A stretch of 64,000 nt of DNA from an uncultured virus (IMG/VR IMGVR_UViG_3300030376_004332) (IMGVR_UViG_3300030376_004332); one strand, 5' to 3'; numbered from the stretch's first letter, positions 36,601-45,381 are shown. The notes: generated by a model not told the origin, from the letters alone. A program made the numbers and translations.

Positions 36601-38617
36601 TTCTAAGCATTCTCTCTAAAAGAGATCTATGTTGTTTAGCTGTTATGCCTTTCAGGAAAGCATCTTCAAAACCACCAGCACCCACGCTACTAAACCCTGC
36701 TGTTATAAGACCCGTAGCCATACCTGCTGTAAGCGCAGCTCCTAAAGCAGCGTCATGTTTTTCTGCGTGTGTACCTTCTAAGTTGCTATACACAGTTGCA
36801 TAGGTAGCTCCCGAAGATCTATTAGCTGCTGTTAAAAATAATGCAGACGTTTGTACACCACTAACTAATCTAGACCTCACTTGTTTTTCTACAGCATCAC
36901 TGCCTTTCCCCTTAGATACACTTCTAGTTAGTAAGCTGTTAAACGAGTTAATAGTTTCCCCTACTTTTTCTTGCGCCCCCTCTTTAAAAGAAATAAGCCT
37001 CTTTGTTTTAAGGCGCAATGCTGCCTCTGCTCCCGTCTCACCAAACTCTTTTTTAAGTACACTGCCTGTTAAACTTTTAATAGCACCTTTTGCTGTTAAT
37101 CTAGCTCCTTGTTTTGCTGAAAGATACAAAGCACCCCCAGTTCCAAAAGTACCTGAACTTAATAAAGCAGTAGCCGTAACATCCACAACCATAGGTGCAA
37201 TCGCTGTTGATACATCTACACCTAAACCGAACTTGTCCCCGAAGACTTGAGCTATTGCACGTCTGTTTTGTCTGTCCTCCTCTTGCTCAACTAAAAAATC
37301 AATAGCTCCTTCGTTTTCAAATAAAGCAGGAATTACAACAGCTAAACCAGTAAATGAATCTACGATAGAATCACCTAACGCACCCATCCTGTTTTTAACA
37401 CCACTGTAGTTCTTAGGGTCGGCTATAAACTTTTCTAAAATATCTCCGTTAGATAAACCTTTTTGTTTACCTTCTATCTTAGCTTCCCCCCATTTAGTCT
37501 CTACTGTAGAGTCTTTAAATATTTCATCATACTGAGGAAATTGACGTGTGAAGAAATCTTTCCTGTAGTTCCTCAATGAAGTTTTTTGAGTAGCACTTAA
37601 ATCGTTACGTAACTCTATTGCAGAATCAAACTTACCCCTATCTAAAAGTAAATCTATGTGTGGTATAACAGCACCATTCTTCGTTGTTTTTATGTTATCA
37701 CCTAACTTATTAGGGTCGCTTACAAAATCAACTTCACCACCTTGATAAGCTTGAAAAGCAGATACCTGCTCCAAAGCATCCATGATATCTGAATCCTGAA
37801 ACCTGTCCCTTGAAACATTTTCTGGGATATCTTTATTACTAGAGTATCCTCTAGCTAACAGGGTTCTTGCTTTAGTAATCAGGGTAGAGGGATCACTTTC
37901 TTCATCGTTTGTAACGAAATGGTTTTTAGCATCCTGTAAAATTTCATTATAAAGTTCTTTATCGTCAGCTTGAGAAGCAGCAGATAACTCTGCCCTGACT
38001 TGGTTATCTCTTATGGCTTTGAAAGCATTGACTCCTGTACCAACATCTTTCATCCCTTTAGCTACTTGCCACAGATCGTTATGTCTTATAGCTCCTCTAG
38101 TTAAAGATTCAGCTACTGCTTTATTCTTATCTAGAATATTAGAGTCCCCTATTAACTCATAACTAATCGTACCGTCACGATCTTGTGTCCTCAATGAAGC
38201 AAGACTTAACTTACCATGTTCAACTAAATGTTGTTTTGCTTCGTTAACTTCTGCTGAGAAGTCATCTCTAAAACCCCCATTATTTAAAGAATCAAGATAG
38301 TTCTCTCTTGCTTGTTGTCCAAAAGCTTCCCCAATTAGGTTAGCATCTGTATCTATAGATCCTGCATCTAATGGGAATTTATACTCTGGATCTATTTGAG
38401 CTATTTTTGAACTAATAACATTACCAATACCTATTTCAGTTTCCCTAGTTAAAGAACCTTTTTCAAAATTAAACTCTCTAAGATAATTACCATACCCAAT
38501 AAGTTTATCTTTATCATCGGTTATAGCAGATCCTATTGAAGATCCCCATTGAGAGAATCCTAAAGGATTAGTATATGCGTTATCTTCTGACGAATCAGTT
38601 ATAAGTTCTCCTGTCAC
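27623..38617 (-). CDS. 3664-aa large polyvalent / ejected internal virion protein
   Basis: Gly/Ala-rich hydrophobic helical region with EFFEEGIDE, HEKAH and EEIIH zincin-like motifs, inserted globular domains, helical C-terminus; last of three large genes after the terminase. Confidence 0.75.
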   Translation of the reverse strand: MTGELITDSSEDNAYTNPLGFSQWGSSIGSAITDDKDKLIGYGNYLREFNFEKGSLTRETEIGIGNVISSKIAQIDPEYKFPLDAGSIDTDANLIGEAFGQQARENYLDSLNNGGFRDDFSAEVNEAKQHLVEHGKLSLASLRTQDRDGTISYELIGDSNILDKNKAVAESLTRGAIRHNDLWQVAKGMKDVGTGVNAFKAIRDNQVRAELSAASQADDKELYNEILQDAKNHFVTNDEESDPSTLITKARTLLARGYSSNKDIPENVSRDRFQDSDIMDALEQVSAFQAYQGGEVDFVSDPNKLGDNIKTTKNGAVIPHIDLLLDRGKFDSAIELRNDLSATQKTSLRNYRKDFFTRQFPQYDEIFKDSTVETKWGEAKIEGKQKGLSNGDILEKFIADPKNYSGVKNRMGALGDSIVDSFTGLAVVIPALFENEGAIDFLVEQEEDRQNRRAIAQVFGDKFGLGVDVSTAIAPMVVDVTATALLSSGTFGTGGALYLSAKQGARLTAKGAIKSLTGSVLKKEFGETGAEAALRLKTKRLISFKEGAQEKVGETINSFNSLLTRSVSKGKGSDAVEKQVRSRLVSGVQTSALFLTAANRSSGATYATVYSNLEGTHAEKHDAALGAALTAGMATGLITAGFSSVGAGGFEDAFLKGITAKQHRSLLERMLRTKIAKSKYGELMTKYLRKRIKDVTPQVFGGLYRSYLKSGTEEFFEEGIDEFVNSFIVDAALNEDTPMIDRVTGAMYAGLVGGIIGQGAAGVRSIADKHGAFARGEIENLRLSEEQKLISFLEDNNSPLTAGQMRRITQQQLRTPASQATDENYESAIGSAIRITQQLEKERQAAANANINVTRDTTDTSGKLGSTPRVETKVTQPIDGEETEVASAEVTLYINNIANDFNSEETLPYLSGQVDSPTSEQKKEVFKDIDLVKLKAAFKDVEGYARFIEEHEKAHINLGHNKVYPKDLLDPEAIKYEREANEEAARVLEIDWNSLKKREGTVDTAPEKSKAEIEEENQKLFEGIDNLSKEDIEANFKVIIEDEQQQKADDDPLDLTPVNQKYDVDGNPIEEENIRAEEFEEVLAEVRDEEGYDEVIENYGLDEEMPFMFRWANSDQSALFKYAGRAIIFKKVNGVVVTFYLSSGKSGSRGKKKFGSWYPIFGIGKAKGWFYKGVAFEDVNNYQNSPSLKKAAEELNDSIGDIRGELNRLMPMQEEELRDTIEYHMGIPPLDLESPSEEKRKGIDSAVAKIEEGLPVTDEEEYEESLDWRTPKRKDDEIQLQQMIGEDAEILTIGEDDEISMMTAEEYSDRTSQAKITARRIKELQEQGETLEEAQRIAEEEELGNEYLKGSNITAAEWVEIQQFKITVDGVFVENQRAMDLTDEELALMYNEFLKNIEDVPQNAARSVIHKAVLEAHNEIRLQRENNGLGYNARLRQKFADFEQAWAIDKARESESKPNIPADIVFLDYSYLDSNGSSVSRTVRLDQADARIKELQEDIKNFKSIERDDTVDDLRNQIASIRSSLDGYLENAFLKPKEKRKQEGYAKSVGEGVESFEVSTAGNTVGQKFSPLNAKIKWSEANEFLKDNFIPVETKFKNIKPDENGKVSIEELYQAAKGTGKGLAPTNTNFPSYMVYKGLWKIYFEKNPTQLEEIGKASSGKILTDQFAADPTPKNKFGSKVTSQARAIHEILVAKELRDSSTLQYVAVFTPQTTKEPTSFSLEQETTAPSKPININIRYTWGENDPETNTTESTDSVKLNDADAKIKELKEKLASDTEAYESGSDFGTDRSIDRNYLEDSKARIASLEKAVAEVRGRGSDFSLEQETTEASKPININIRYTWGENDPETNTTESTDTVKLNDAPKKLKELEAKLTQYEYAYDINEISKASVEDVKEHIEALRKVLAEVTNENDRALYTPEIDQEISYSYDSIDVLPNPLDTGRKTTKKIKLSEAKARLLQLDAEILFLEEQGNTTLLNELGIPIPNYTGSEEAVLNLYIKESDALRPIVEIYENKILQRATTKEIETVISDGAKKAGYLGKEQVKTRKATQFIGQGAKGSSTDRYYDLYNKRGRANTGNYKSSDVIFVASNGKRKNSILPIRDGELLGEYKLIDKAMEKGATIVMDTNEHLTGEGLSETKQKGRRNYLSTGEIPLAIYLNNNGYSRVKGTGEWIPEGSKEKDTEVKYSFTPNWSNGIPITRTVKYNDINNLLQELDDKVEFVTKLELPDNEGVRDALREQIRAVSAAKNKFDLEEKLNTINDETTESQIRNLSPQDEFDSLEGNQQEHLLKVQGLMADLTLLSQMFGVQVKVVPEEQRQAAEDAGKPIKPFSYVVTDDGESYIQIEPNGLVGLIKGLSDINAKALTSSIVTEEIIHAATFADLTSEEISDFYNQLPTSEINKTIDTYYQTEEDRQAARARLYNEDSEVSLKEQRTLAKEALRMHVQRAVKGFTTEEDKAFYMDNPNIISVLLRYLKGFINRITTALKSDSSNPYMSMSVNRVVQAYNDMKAGYQIGQPPSFDPDNPLKVVSALKIQTETSEEDMDIQPETGTVIEMTQSQVDGNTTTETTRNEVFKYGNLTGMLTLPLMKTGKYRGEYKGLMSWMNKLVGKADPRLQRLHQQGTALRNAIFNEIQRYKDRLDVLVAKEFPDGAPVDLFRSITGDAEVLKVDDDTTALIRKTFDTKLKRLTQVLAELNEQLENAPNNKEVQINIKRVTSELKAIDDEKTLVYERAYQNRRAVLEQRREYAIEQLGGYDDNGDPKSEIVRHLLALRGKTDEFSKKIGELFPNDPDIKKTINSTIDANLEVYLTRQYKLFSEAGFTDSVMYDSKYDLVRSEAADFFSEEYRNYRGLEIILKKEKDSSGNVITNLEHAKEIADKELRADPTKSPSDQPPLIHNMMVSFLNSFSNKDNLFTSDTGVKLVEGDDAAKRMGFTHILKERLKERKDVPAQLRALMGEEGDATGYDAVMRTYMHVGIMASHQAYLKNVLDFGMKEKNGWIIEETEWKALGDDQKNWSRVVGDGDYRYDPWVNVSQGKKYYVPNDMLTALKSLGDMSTQSLNESEVVANELNRMAHNLTGLSMASKTLGSIGFYFRNIIGNVVYFGLSQGMIAPIRYTKNGLKELVRHRNLYTGDRFSQVKLDEYYSELDALDIIGDEIRPKMLDEIFKGETTPNDLMNEVYATTKQLDELTDDSTKESDLKKLGTPINKLYSKLKDLSAVVDTFYKISYYEHELAVLQKAKKKGQGKYANMTDYEIKREAADKVLSTAQSYSRASPLVRGWTNSSVGVMFAPFIRFKGEIVRISVNTIRLAVQEIKDPSTVIKLRGLRRLTGFLGTTVGLSAAAPLAMRLLNDVDDEEDAALRRTLVEYLRGHTFFIYREGNDLKTLDFTYLNPYALLADPVLRSVEKGFRGESPASMGMSFIEGLILNEYLDDQIFAGAFMALKSNRDPQTNKKIWEERDTAEDVFIKGAGFLLKEAIEPRTIKAGREVKKMIGTSPVEDIFDRIGKEFYPAKPYTIDISNNMRRYLFDVRRETQNISLRKNIVLSDNPLSDNEIKGLVLDEIDHRIRLDKEVAHTLKNLASLGGLSDEEVRKIVFGSQFGKRRYGFLLKGVTETPRETHKGLKKKLRDKYKLTGDATFLRRERLLSAYFKNLPRFYRHDQD
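33030..33460. repeat. Intragenic direct repeat, 303-bp period
   Basis: 33051-33127 and 33354-33430 differ at one base; both encode SKPININIRYTWGENDPETNTTESTD. Confidence 0.9.
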
Positions 38618-38647
38618 AGCAGTTCGGGTTATGTATTATTATTATTA

Positions 38648-39916
38648 TTATCTATTGAAATCAGCTTCTGCATCGGCTTCTGCTTGCATTACTGCATTAG
38701 GAGCACTTCCTTTCATAGCTAGTATGTTTGAAGCAGACTCTAGCAATACTATTAAATCTGTATAATTAGATACATCTTTTAGTTTCTTAGCATCCTCACC
38801 TAAAAGACTAGTTAGAGCTTCGTCATTAATACCAGCTCTTACTATTAGCTTAATCAAATCACGAACCCCCTCAGTATCTGCTTCAAAATCATCTTCAGCG
38901 GAAAGAAGGAACTTTGCTGTTTTGACGAAATTAGCTAACGCTTCTGTTTCCTTATCTACAGCAATCCCCTGTTGTTTTTTAAGTAGGATGTTTTTATACG
39001 CATCAAACTCTATTCCTTGCAGCTTAGTAGGGGGAGGCATTTTCCCTATTGCTGTAAGGCTATTTAGATCTTCCTTTGCAGCGGTTAATGCGCTATCATA
39101 TTGTTTAACATAAGCCGTCTTTTCCTTAGCCTGTTTATTAGCTTCAGCTAATGTAATTGCTGTATTAAATTTCTTTGAAGACCCCTTACCTTTATTTGAT
39201 TTCAGATAATTAATAAATTCTGTATTCCCAGAAGCAGCAGCTTGCGACATCATATTATATTCTTGTGCATCACGTACATTTTTCTTCTTAGTCTTTGCAT
39301 CAATCTTCTCCCCAACATTTTTAAATGCTGTTTGATATAAAGTAGCAACTAAAGGATTGCCAAGAGCTTCTGGATTTTCAAAAAGAGTTTGTTGTAAACT
39401 TTCAAATTTGTTTTTATCTTTTACACCAGAAGACATTATCTCCTCTATTCTTCTAGACACTGGAATTTGCAGGGCATCAGCAGCTTGCGTGAATCTAGCT
39501 TTACGTTGAGCTTCTCTTAATTCAAGATAACTTTTTTGTTCTGCTTGGTTCAACATCCGCTGTTGCCTCATATTATCTGAGTACTTATCAAGAATGGCTT
39601 CTTGTTGGAACTGAGGCATACCGCCCATACTATTGAAAAACTCTTGCCTTAATGGGGATACAATATCATTAGGATTAAAATCTCCTTGGATAGACATCTT
39701 CTGCCCTGCCATTATAGCACGTTTAGCAGCCGATTCGGATTCTCTTGTAAGATTATTAGGAGTCCCTCTTTTTACTTCAAACAACCCTTCTTCGGCAGCT
39801 TTTAACTGTAAAGCTTCCTTTGCTTTTCCATCATAGTTTTCAGACTCTCGAAGTATTCTACTAGATAAAGGAGTAATCTGACGTACCCCTTGCATTGATC
39901 GTGTAACGTATGCCAT
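38648..39916 (-). CDS. Putative internal virion (ejection) protein
   Basis: Helical Ala/Gln/Lys-rich protein upstream of the giant protein. Confidence 0.55.
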   Translation of the reverse strand: MAYVTRSMQGVRQITPLSSRILRESENYDGKAKEALQLKAAEEGLFEVKRGTPNNLTRESESAAKRAIMAGQKMSIQGDFNPNDIVSPLRQEFFNSMGGMPQFQQEAILDKYSDNMRQQRMLNQAEQKSYLELREAQRKARFTQAADALQIPVSRRIEEIMSSGVKDKNKFESLQQTLFENPEALGNPLVATLYQTAFKNVGEKIDAKTKKKNVRDAQEYNMMSQAAASGNTEFINYLKSNKGKGSSKKFNTAITLAEANKQAKEKTAYVKQYDSALTAAKEDLNSLTAIGKMPPPTKLQGIEFDAYKNILLKKQQGIAVDKETEALANFVKTAKFLLSAEDDFEADTEGVRDLIKLIVRAGINDEALTSLLGEDAKKLKDVSNYTDLIVLLESASNILAMKGSAPNAVMQAEADAEADFNR

Positions 39917-39917
39917 A

Positions 39918-41906
39918 CTACTGGTTAGCTTTTAATTTTTTTAGTTTCTTTTTAAGCTCTTGTGCTGTCGCATTAGGTAATTTAGAATCAACTGGTTCTT
40001 GTCTTACAGGCGCACTACTATCTTGATAAGTAGCACCAACAGAATCTCTCAATCTAGCAGCATCAATAGCTTGTTGTTTTTTCACCTCTCGTTGCTCCAA
40101 AAAATTATCAGCTCGCTGTCCTTGGTCAACTGATTGGGCCAACTTTTGTTGGAACGTAGTAGCAGTTTCTTGCATAGTAGTATCTGGGTCTTTACGACCA
40201 GCAACATTCTGCTGACTTATTTGTGCATTTGTTTGCGCTGAACCTAGTGGTGGTTCTGTGTTTTTAAAATTACTACCAGCCGAGAATGTACCTTCTGCTA
40301 CTCCCGTATTAGTAGGTATTGGATTTAATGAGCCTTCACTTAAATTTTTTGTAGGTATATTGGGTTTAGCTATTTCGTTTTGTATTTGCTTTAGGCTGGA
40401 TGCTTTACCAGTAAAGTTTATGGGGATATCAGCAGCATCAGCATCAGGATTTACTGCCAATCCTGTATCAAAAGGTCGTACCTGTTTTTCTTGAGCTTCA
40501 GTTGGGCCCGTACTCATCAAGTCCATAACTTGTTGTTGCCTACTTGCCATACGTCCTTTTACAGCATCTCTCGCATCTAACTCAGCAAAGGAATCTGCTG
40601 GTTTACTAAAATCAAAAGTACCTGTAGCTCCTTTATAACCACTACCTAACGCTCTCCTACCTGCTTTAGTTGTTGATGTGCCAACTACCTTACCTGATTT
40701 ATCCCTTATAACCCTCCCTAAAAGATCTCCTGAACCTGATTTGATTTCATTCGCTTGTCTTTTTTCTTCAGCTATCCTAGCTCTTTCAGCTTGTTGAGCT
40801 AGTATTTCAGGTTTACGCATAGCAAACCTTTGCTCTCCTATTTTCCTACGTTCTAAAGCTTCCTTACCCATAGCTGCTTTAGTTGAAGTGTCTCTTGCCA
40901 TCATGTCCTCTCTTGAACGTAGATAGCCTAAACCTGCTTTATCAGAACCTGAACCACCAGAAGATCCACCTCCGCTTGGTGTAGCAGTTGGGGTTTCTTT
41001 AGTCCCTCTAGTTCGTGGTAGCTTTAATTGAGATCTTACCCTGTTGGGAATAGCTGATGACATTTCTTTAGCCTTTTCATCATCTGCTGCAATCTGATTT
41101 TCCCTGTCTTTTTTGGATTGTTTTCTAAAAGCTCTACTCCCCCTTTGAGGTGTTTTACCTTCCATTGTTTCCAAAGGAACTTCGATTGGTCCTGACGTTT
41201 TCCCATCTGGCCCTACCGCTCCTTGTGAGGTAGGCACTATAGGATCTCCTTGTGCATCTACCCCCATTGGAGCCTCTCTCGGATCAACATCCATAAATCC
41301 TTTAGGAGCTGGTGCGCTTTCAGGAGCTGGTGCTCTTTCAGGAGCTGGTGTGCTTTCAGGTTGTTTTTTACTTTCAACTGTGTCCTTTATAAACTTTTTT
41401 ATTGGGGTAGGTGTACCTGAACCTAGATTAACTGATTCGTCTAAATAAGGTACTTTTGTATCTTTTCCTATGAGATCGAAATGAGATCTTTGGATGTCTC
41501 TGTCTTCTGACCTCAAAAGAGCTTTATCTTCATTTGTCCTAAACTTATCACCTCCTAGTTTATCATCAGCATACCCGATAGCATTAAGCATTTCTGTCTC
41601 TTTCCCCCCTGAAAATTCATTTATTATGGCTTGTCTTAAATTAAGGCGATAAGGTTTATAAGCAGCACCCCCAAATATACGACGGGTTTTACTCGTATGT
41701 TTAGTACCATGCTCATTATAAAAAGAATTACTTACTTCATCAACAAGAGCGGAAGATCCTATTTGCCTTAGTTGTTTAACGAGTTGGGCAGCCAGAGTTT
41801 CTTTTGTGCCTTCCCCTTCAAAAGCTTCATTAAATTTGTCTGAAAATTCTTTAGCAAGTTTAGCTTTATCTTTAGTGGAAAGCTTATCGTAGTCTACAGT
41901 AGCCAT
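39918..41906 (-). CDS. Putative internal virion (ejection) protein, low complexity
   Basis: 662 aa, largely disordered composition. Confidence 0.55.
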   Translation of the reverse strand: MATVDYDKLSTKDKAKLAKEFSDKFNEAFEGEGTKETLAAQLVKQLRQIGSSALVDEVSNSFYNEHGTKHTSKTRRIFGGAAYKPYRLNLRQAIINEFSGGKETEMLNAIGYADDKLGGDKFRTNEDKALLRSEDRDIQRSHFDLIGKDTKVPYLDESVNLGSGTPTPIKKFIKDTVESKKQPESTPAPERAPAPESAPAPKGFMDVDPREAPMGVDAQGDPIVPTSQGAVGPDGKTSGPIEVPLETMEGKTPQRGSRAFRKQSKKDRENQIAADDEKAKEMSSAIPNRVRSQLKLPRTRGTKETPTATPSGGGSSGGSGSDKAGLGYLRSREDMMARDTSTKAAMGKEALERRKIGEQRFAMRKPEILAQQAERARIAEEKRQANEIKSGSGDLLGRVIRDKSGKVVGTSTTKAGRRALGSGYKGATGTFDFSKPADSFAELDARDAVKGRMASRQQQVMDLMSTGPTEAQEKQVRPFDTGLAVNPDADAADIPINFTGKASSLKQIQNEIAKPNIPTKNLSEGSLNPIPTNTGVAEGTFSAGSNFKNTEPPLGSAQTNAQISQQNVAGRKDPDTTMQETATTFQQKLAQSVDQGQRADNFLEQREVKKQQAIDAARLRDSVGATYQDSSAPVRQEPVDSKLPNATAQELKKKLKKLKANQ
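41305..41360. repeat. 18-bp tandem repeat x3 encoding PE(S/R)(T/A)PA
   Basis: GGAGCTGGTGnnCTTTCA repeated three times. Confidence 0.9.
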
Positions 41907-41952
41907 ATACTATAAATTTACAGCTATTTCAGTCAAAGGCAACCGCTCAAAT

Positions 41953-43722
41953 CTAACCCAAAGGTTGGTTTGCTAGTACTCCTGTAAGGCTTTTCATAGA
42001 CCTCCTGCGCCTTGATCCCTGATTCTTGTCTCCTAAATCAAGAGGCTCTACAGCTACAAGACCATGACGTTGCCTTGCAACATCAATACAGATAAAGGCA
42101 GCATCAGCTAAGTCAGGAGATTTTCCTAAACGATTCTTGTAATCTGGTTTGGATTCAAGCTTCATTCTAAGGGTAGAACCTTTGACCATATCATACTTAC
42201 GCCCTACAACTTCTTGTGCTAGATCATTATTGATACCATATAGCTGCTTAGTTCTACAAAACTCCTTACCCACAAACCAAAGTTCAGTGACCCTGTTGAC
42301 ATATAGTTCATGTCCGACAAGTTTACTATTAGTACTAACCCTCTTTTCAGAAGCTTTACCACCGAATGAAACACGAAGAATATCATCACCAAACTCAGCA
42401 GCAAGAATATCAGCCAAAGGGCTACCCGCACCTGTGGAGTCGATTCCTAAATTGGACGGGAGTATCTTCCTTTTATTGCACTCGTCCTTTATCTGCTGAA
42501 CAATCTGATAAGATCGGGGGATCGCTTTGTTGGTGGCATCGTCAGTAAGGGATATAGCCTCATCTAGTTGGCACACGAATTGTCCAGATTTATCATAACC
42601 AACATGCCCAGTATAAAGAATAGTTCTATCCCCACCATTTGTAAAAGCGGGGTCACAACCAGCAATAGGTGTTGGTTTATCTTGCCACTCTATAGTACCC
42701 ATAGCTCCTGACTTAACTAACTCCGAGTCTGTATATACACCATCAGCCTCGTCAGAATCAAAGAACACAGCTCGTACCATTCGGTAGTACCCCCTACTTT
42801 CTTGTCCTAGCAGTTCCTTATCCTCTTCAATCTTCTCTTCTGTAGGTAGCCAAGGGTAAATTGTTTTCCCTGCTAGTATGTTAGGTGAGCGTTCCCCATC
42901 ATACCTTTTATAAAGCCCACCCCACTTTGTCTTCCAACTATCTTCGGTATTTGGATCTATAGAATCCCAGCCCTGTGCTGGTTCACTCCACTCACCGAAA
43001 GCGTCCCAACGAGAAGCAGGGTTTGATAAACCAACTAAACTAAATGATGGGTTCTTTGATAGGTTAGATAGACCAGCCTGTAGGATAGCAGTAGATAATT
43101 CCGAAAGCTCGTCTGCAATGAGTATGACATTCTTTTGTTTAATACCAATGAACTTACCGACAGCTTCTCTAGTCTTACTTCGTTCTGCTGCGATCAAACT
43201 CAACCCAGCTTTTTCAATCAAGGTGTCATTCTCATTTATGTAAGCGACGTTACCAATAGAATCTCTTATCTTAAACGGGGCTCCGTCTAACACTGTTAGT
43301 AAACTAATAACAGAACCCCATATTCTTTTACGTGCCTCACGTAATGTAGTTGATGTTAGCAGCACTAGTGTGTCTCTAGGTGCAGCTAACCAGTTCAGGA
43401 TTCCCCAAGCAGCCATAGTATGTGACTTACCAGAAGAAGCAGCTCCACCAATAGATACATATTTATTTTTGATAACTGCTTTTATCATACTCTCTGCCCA
43501 AGGATGTTTAACCATCAGAGGTTCAGGGAGTTCGTCATTATTCCATAGCTCATCGCATAACCTCCAGAAGTAATACTCTCTTGCTTTGTCGCTTTTATGA
43601 TTAGCGAACCCATAGAGCAGGGCAGTTATATTATTAGTAGCTCCAATAGTTAAACCACCCACATCCATCTTGGATGTTTTTTTATCTATGCGAGGTTCAT
43701 ATATACGTAAGGTTTGTGTCAT
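41953..43722 (-). CDS. terL: Terminase large subunit
   Basis: Walker A GAASSGKS, Walker B LIADE, GLSNP, nuclease CDPA..GGD and SPDLADA motifs. Confidence 0.9.
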   Translation of the reverse strand: MTQTLRIYEPRIDKKTSKMDVGGLTIGATNNITALLYGFANHKSDKAREYYFWRLCDELWNNDELPEPLMVKHPWAESMIKAVIKNKYVSIGGAASSGKSHTMAAWGILNWLAAPRDTLVLLTSTTLREARKRIWGSVISLLTVLDGAPFKIRDSIGNVAYINENDTLIEKAGLSLIAAERSKTREAVGKFIGIKQKNVILIADELSELSTAILQAGLSNLSKNPSFSLVGLSNPASRWDAFGEWSEPAQGWDSIDPNTEDSWKTKWGGLYKRYDGERSPNILAGKTIYPWLPTEEKIEEDKELLGQESRGYYRMVRAVFFDSDEADGVYTDSELVKSGAMGTIEWQDKPTPIAGCDPAFTNGGDRTILYTGHVGYDKSGQFVCQLDEAISLTDDATNKAIPRSYQIVQQIKDECNKRKILPSNLGIDSTGAGSPLADILAAEFGDDILRVSFGGKASEKRVSTNSKLVGHELYVNRVTELWFVGKEFCRTKQLYGINNDLAQEVVGRKYDMVKGSTLRMKLESKPDYKNRLGKSPDLADAAFICIDVARQRHGLVAVEPLDLGDKNQGSRRRRSMKSLTGVLANQPLG

Positions 43723-43765
43723 TTAATTTGAAAGATGTGTAGATATATAGTATATATTAATTAGC

Positions 43766-44389
43766 TTGGCTTATAAATCTAAAAAATCTAAACTGCTTAA
43801 ACATGCTTTGGAAATGTATGAGCAGCAATATAAACTTGTTACTATTGCGAAGGAGTTAGGTATCAATACGTCTACGCTCCGTAGATGGCTTAGAGATGCA
43901 GGAGCTAAACCTAAAAAAGATCCACATGCTATCAACCCTCCTTTGAAAGAAGAAGAGGAAGAGAAAGAAAAGAAAGATCCTTTGCAGGAAACTTTAGATG
44001 ATAATTTAGAAGGCAAGACAGACGAAGCTATAAAGGTAGCTAAGATGGAGGCTCGCATAGAGGAAGACAAAAACCTTATGGAAATAGCGGAATCGCAGTC
44101 ATCTCCCGCAGAAAAGTATCAATCTTATATGGCAGCTTCTGCTATAAAACTACTGCGGGATAGTATTAAAAATCTAAGAGGGCCAAGAACAGTTAAAGAA
44201 TTATCCGAGCTCGACCAACTCATCAGACGTAACTTAGGTTTAAACGCAAAGACATCAGGTGGTTCAGGTAAGTTACAAATAGATATAAGTATTTTAAATA
44301 ACGCTAAAGCAGACCGAGGTAAAGGTGCTGTTAAAGTTAAAGAGAATAAAATAATAGACGTTGACCCAGAAAAAGATGGAGGATCTTAA
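43766..44389 (+). CDS. HTH DNA-binding protein (possible small terminase or regulator)
   Basis: IAKELGINTSTLRRWL helix-turn-helix; divergent from terL. Confidence 0.65.
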   Translation: MAYKSKKSKLLKHALEMYEQQYKLVTIAKELGINTSTLRRWLRDAGAKPKKDPHAINPPLKEEEEEKEKKDPLQETLDDNLEGKTDEAIKVAKMEARIEEDKNLMEIAESQSSPAEKYQSYMAASAIKLLRDSIKNLRGPRTVKELSELDQLIRRNLGLNAKTSGGSGKLQIDISILNNAKADRGKGAVKVKENKIIDVDPEKDGGS

Positions 44390-44636
44390 AACAAAAGAAG
44401 ACATTGAAAAACCTATCTTGCTTTTTGCAGGGTTAGAAGACGCTTATATAGGTACAGTGGAACAATACGGAAGACCTCCTGTAGCTTGTTACTCAAAGCA
44501 AGCAACTATTGATACAATACAAAAGAATTACAACCTAACCAAACAACAAGCTTACGAAAGATATGAATATGAATATCTACAAACTAACTTTGAGGAGGGT
44601 ACACCATGTTTCTTAGACGATCTCCTAACGGAGTAA
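44376..44636 (+). CDS. Conserved phage hypothetical; paralog of 52776..53042
   Basis: GLEDAYIG...ACYS...TPCF motif. Confidence 0.75.
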   Translation: MEDLKTKEDIEKPILLFAGLEDAYIGTVEQYGRPPVACYSKQATIDTIQKNYNLTKQQAYERYEYEYLQTNFEEGTPCFLDDLLTE

Positions 44637-44881
44637 TGTTCCCTGATAGGGAGGTTGAAGATAACCCTCGTGTAATGATAAGGGTTCAAGAGTCTAAACA
44701 CGACTTTACTTTTCTAGTCGAAAACCGTGTAGGTAAGTTCTACAGAGTTATTCCTAACTCAGCCAGAGAGGTTTACTACATACAAATGCTATTAAAAAAT
44801 ATAGATGTGTTAGTACCCGAAGAAGGTGATGGGTTAATTATCTCAGCTAAAGCTATTGAACATTGTGATTATAGGAGTTGA
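44636..44881 (+). CDS. Hypothetical protein
   Basis: TAATG-coupled ATG. Confidence 0.65.
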   Translation: MFPDREVEDNPRVMIRVQESKHDFTFLVENRVGKFYRVIPNSAREVYYIQMLLKNIDVLVPEEGDGLIISAKAIEHCDYRS

Positions 44882-45371
44882 TAACGGACTTAACGGTGGG
44901 TTAGTCGCCATATCAAAACAAACAGGAGCTGTCATTGATAAGACAGTTATGCCTACACTCCAAAGAAGTAAGAAGCGAGAAACAGATGCCCGTAAAGTTT
45001 ATGAGTGGGTGATGGCACTTGAATCAGATTTTATATTCGCTGTTGAAGAACCTTTACACCATGCACGAAGCTCGCAAGCAGTTAGGTCAATGGCTTTATC
45101 ATTTGGTAAATTGTTAGGACTAGCTGAAAGTAGGGAATGGGATGTTAGGTGTGTCAAAGTACATAACTGGCAGAAGTCTATGTTAGGTCACCTAGCTCCT
45201 CCATATGATACCAAGAAAGCTGCGTTACATGTAGCGAACGGACTAGCTCCTGAAGAGTGCTGGCTCAAAAGCAAAAGATGTTCTAAAGCACATGACGGAA
45301 TGGTTGACGCTTTCCTTATAGCTAGATACATACGAAAAGGATATGCTATTTTAGGTTATGACAAGTTGTAG
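44856..45371 (+). CDS. RuvC-like Holliday junction resolvase
   Basis: IIGVDNGLNGG, VEE, W.K.M and DGMVDA RNase H-fold motifs. Confidence 0.8.
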   Translation: MNIVIIGVDNGLNGGLVAISKQTGAVIDKTVMPTLQRSKKRETDARKVYEWVMALESDFIFAVEEPLHHARSSQAVRSMALSFGKLLGLAESREWDVRCVKVHNWQKSMLGHLAPPYDTKKAALHVANGLAPEECWLKSKRCSKAHDGMVDAFLIARYIRKGYAILGYDKL

Positions 45372-45381
45372 TAAATTTTTC

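Noticed and set aside
28485..36803. Plus-strand ORFs within the 3664-aa gene
   Set aside because: Ser/Leu/Phe-rich antisense shadows of Glu/Lys codons
27623..38617. Virion RNA polymerase (N4- or crAss-like) in the giant ORF
   Set aside because: No DxDGD/DFDID or T7-type motifs recognised (only DVDGN and DDNGD in low-complexity context); cannot be fully excluded without a structure search
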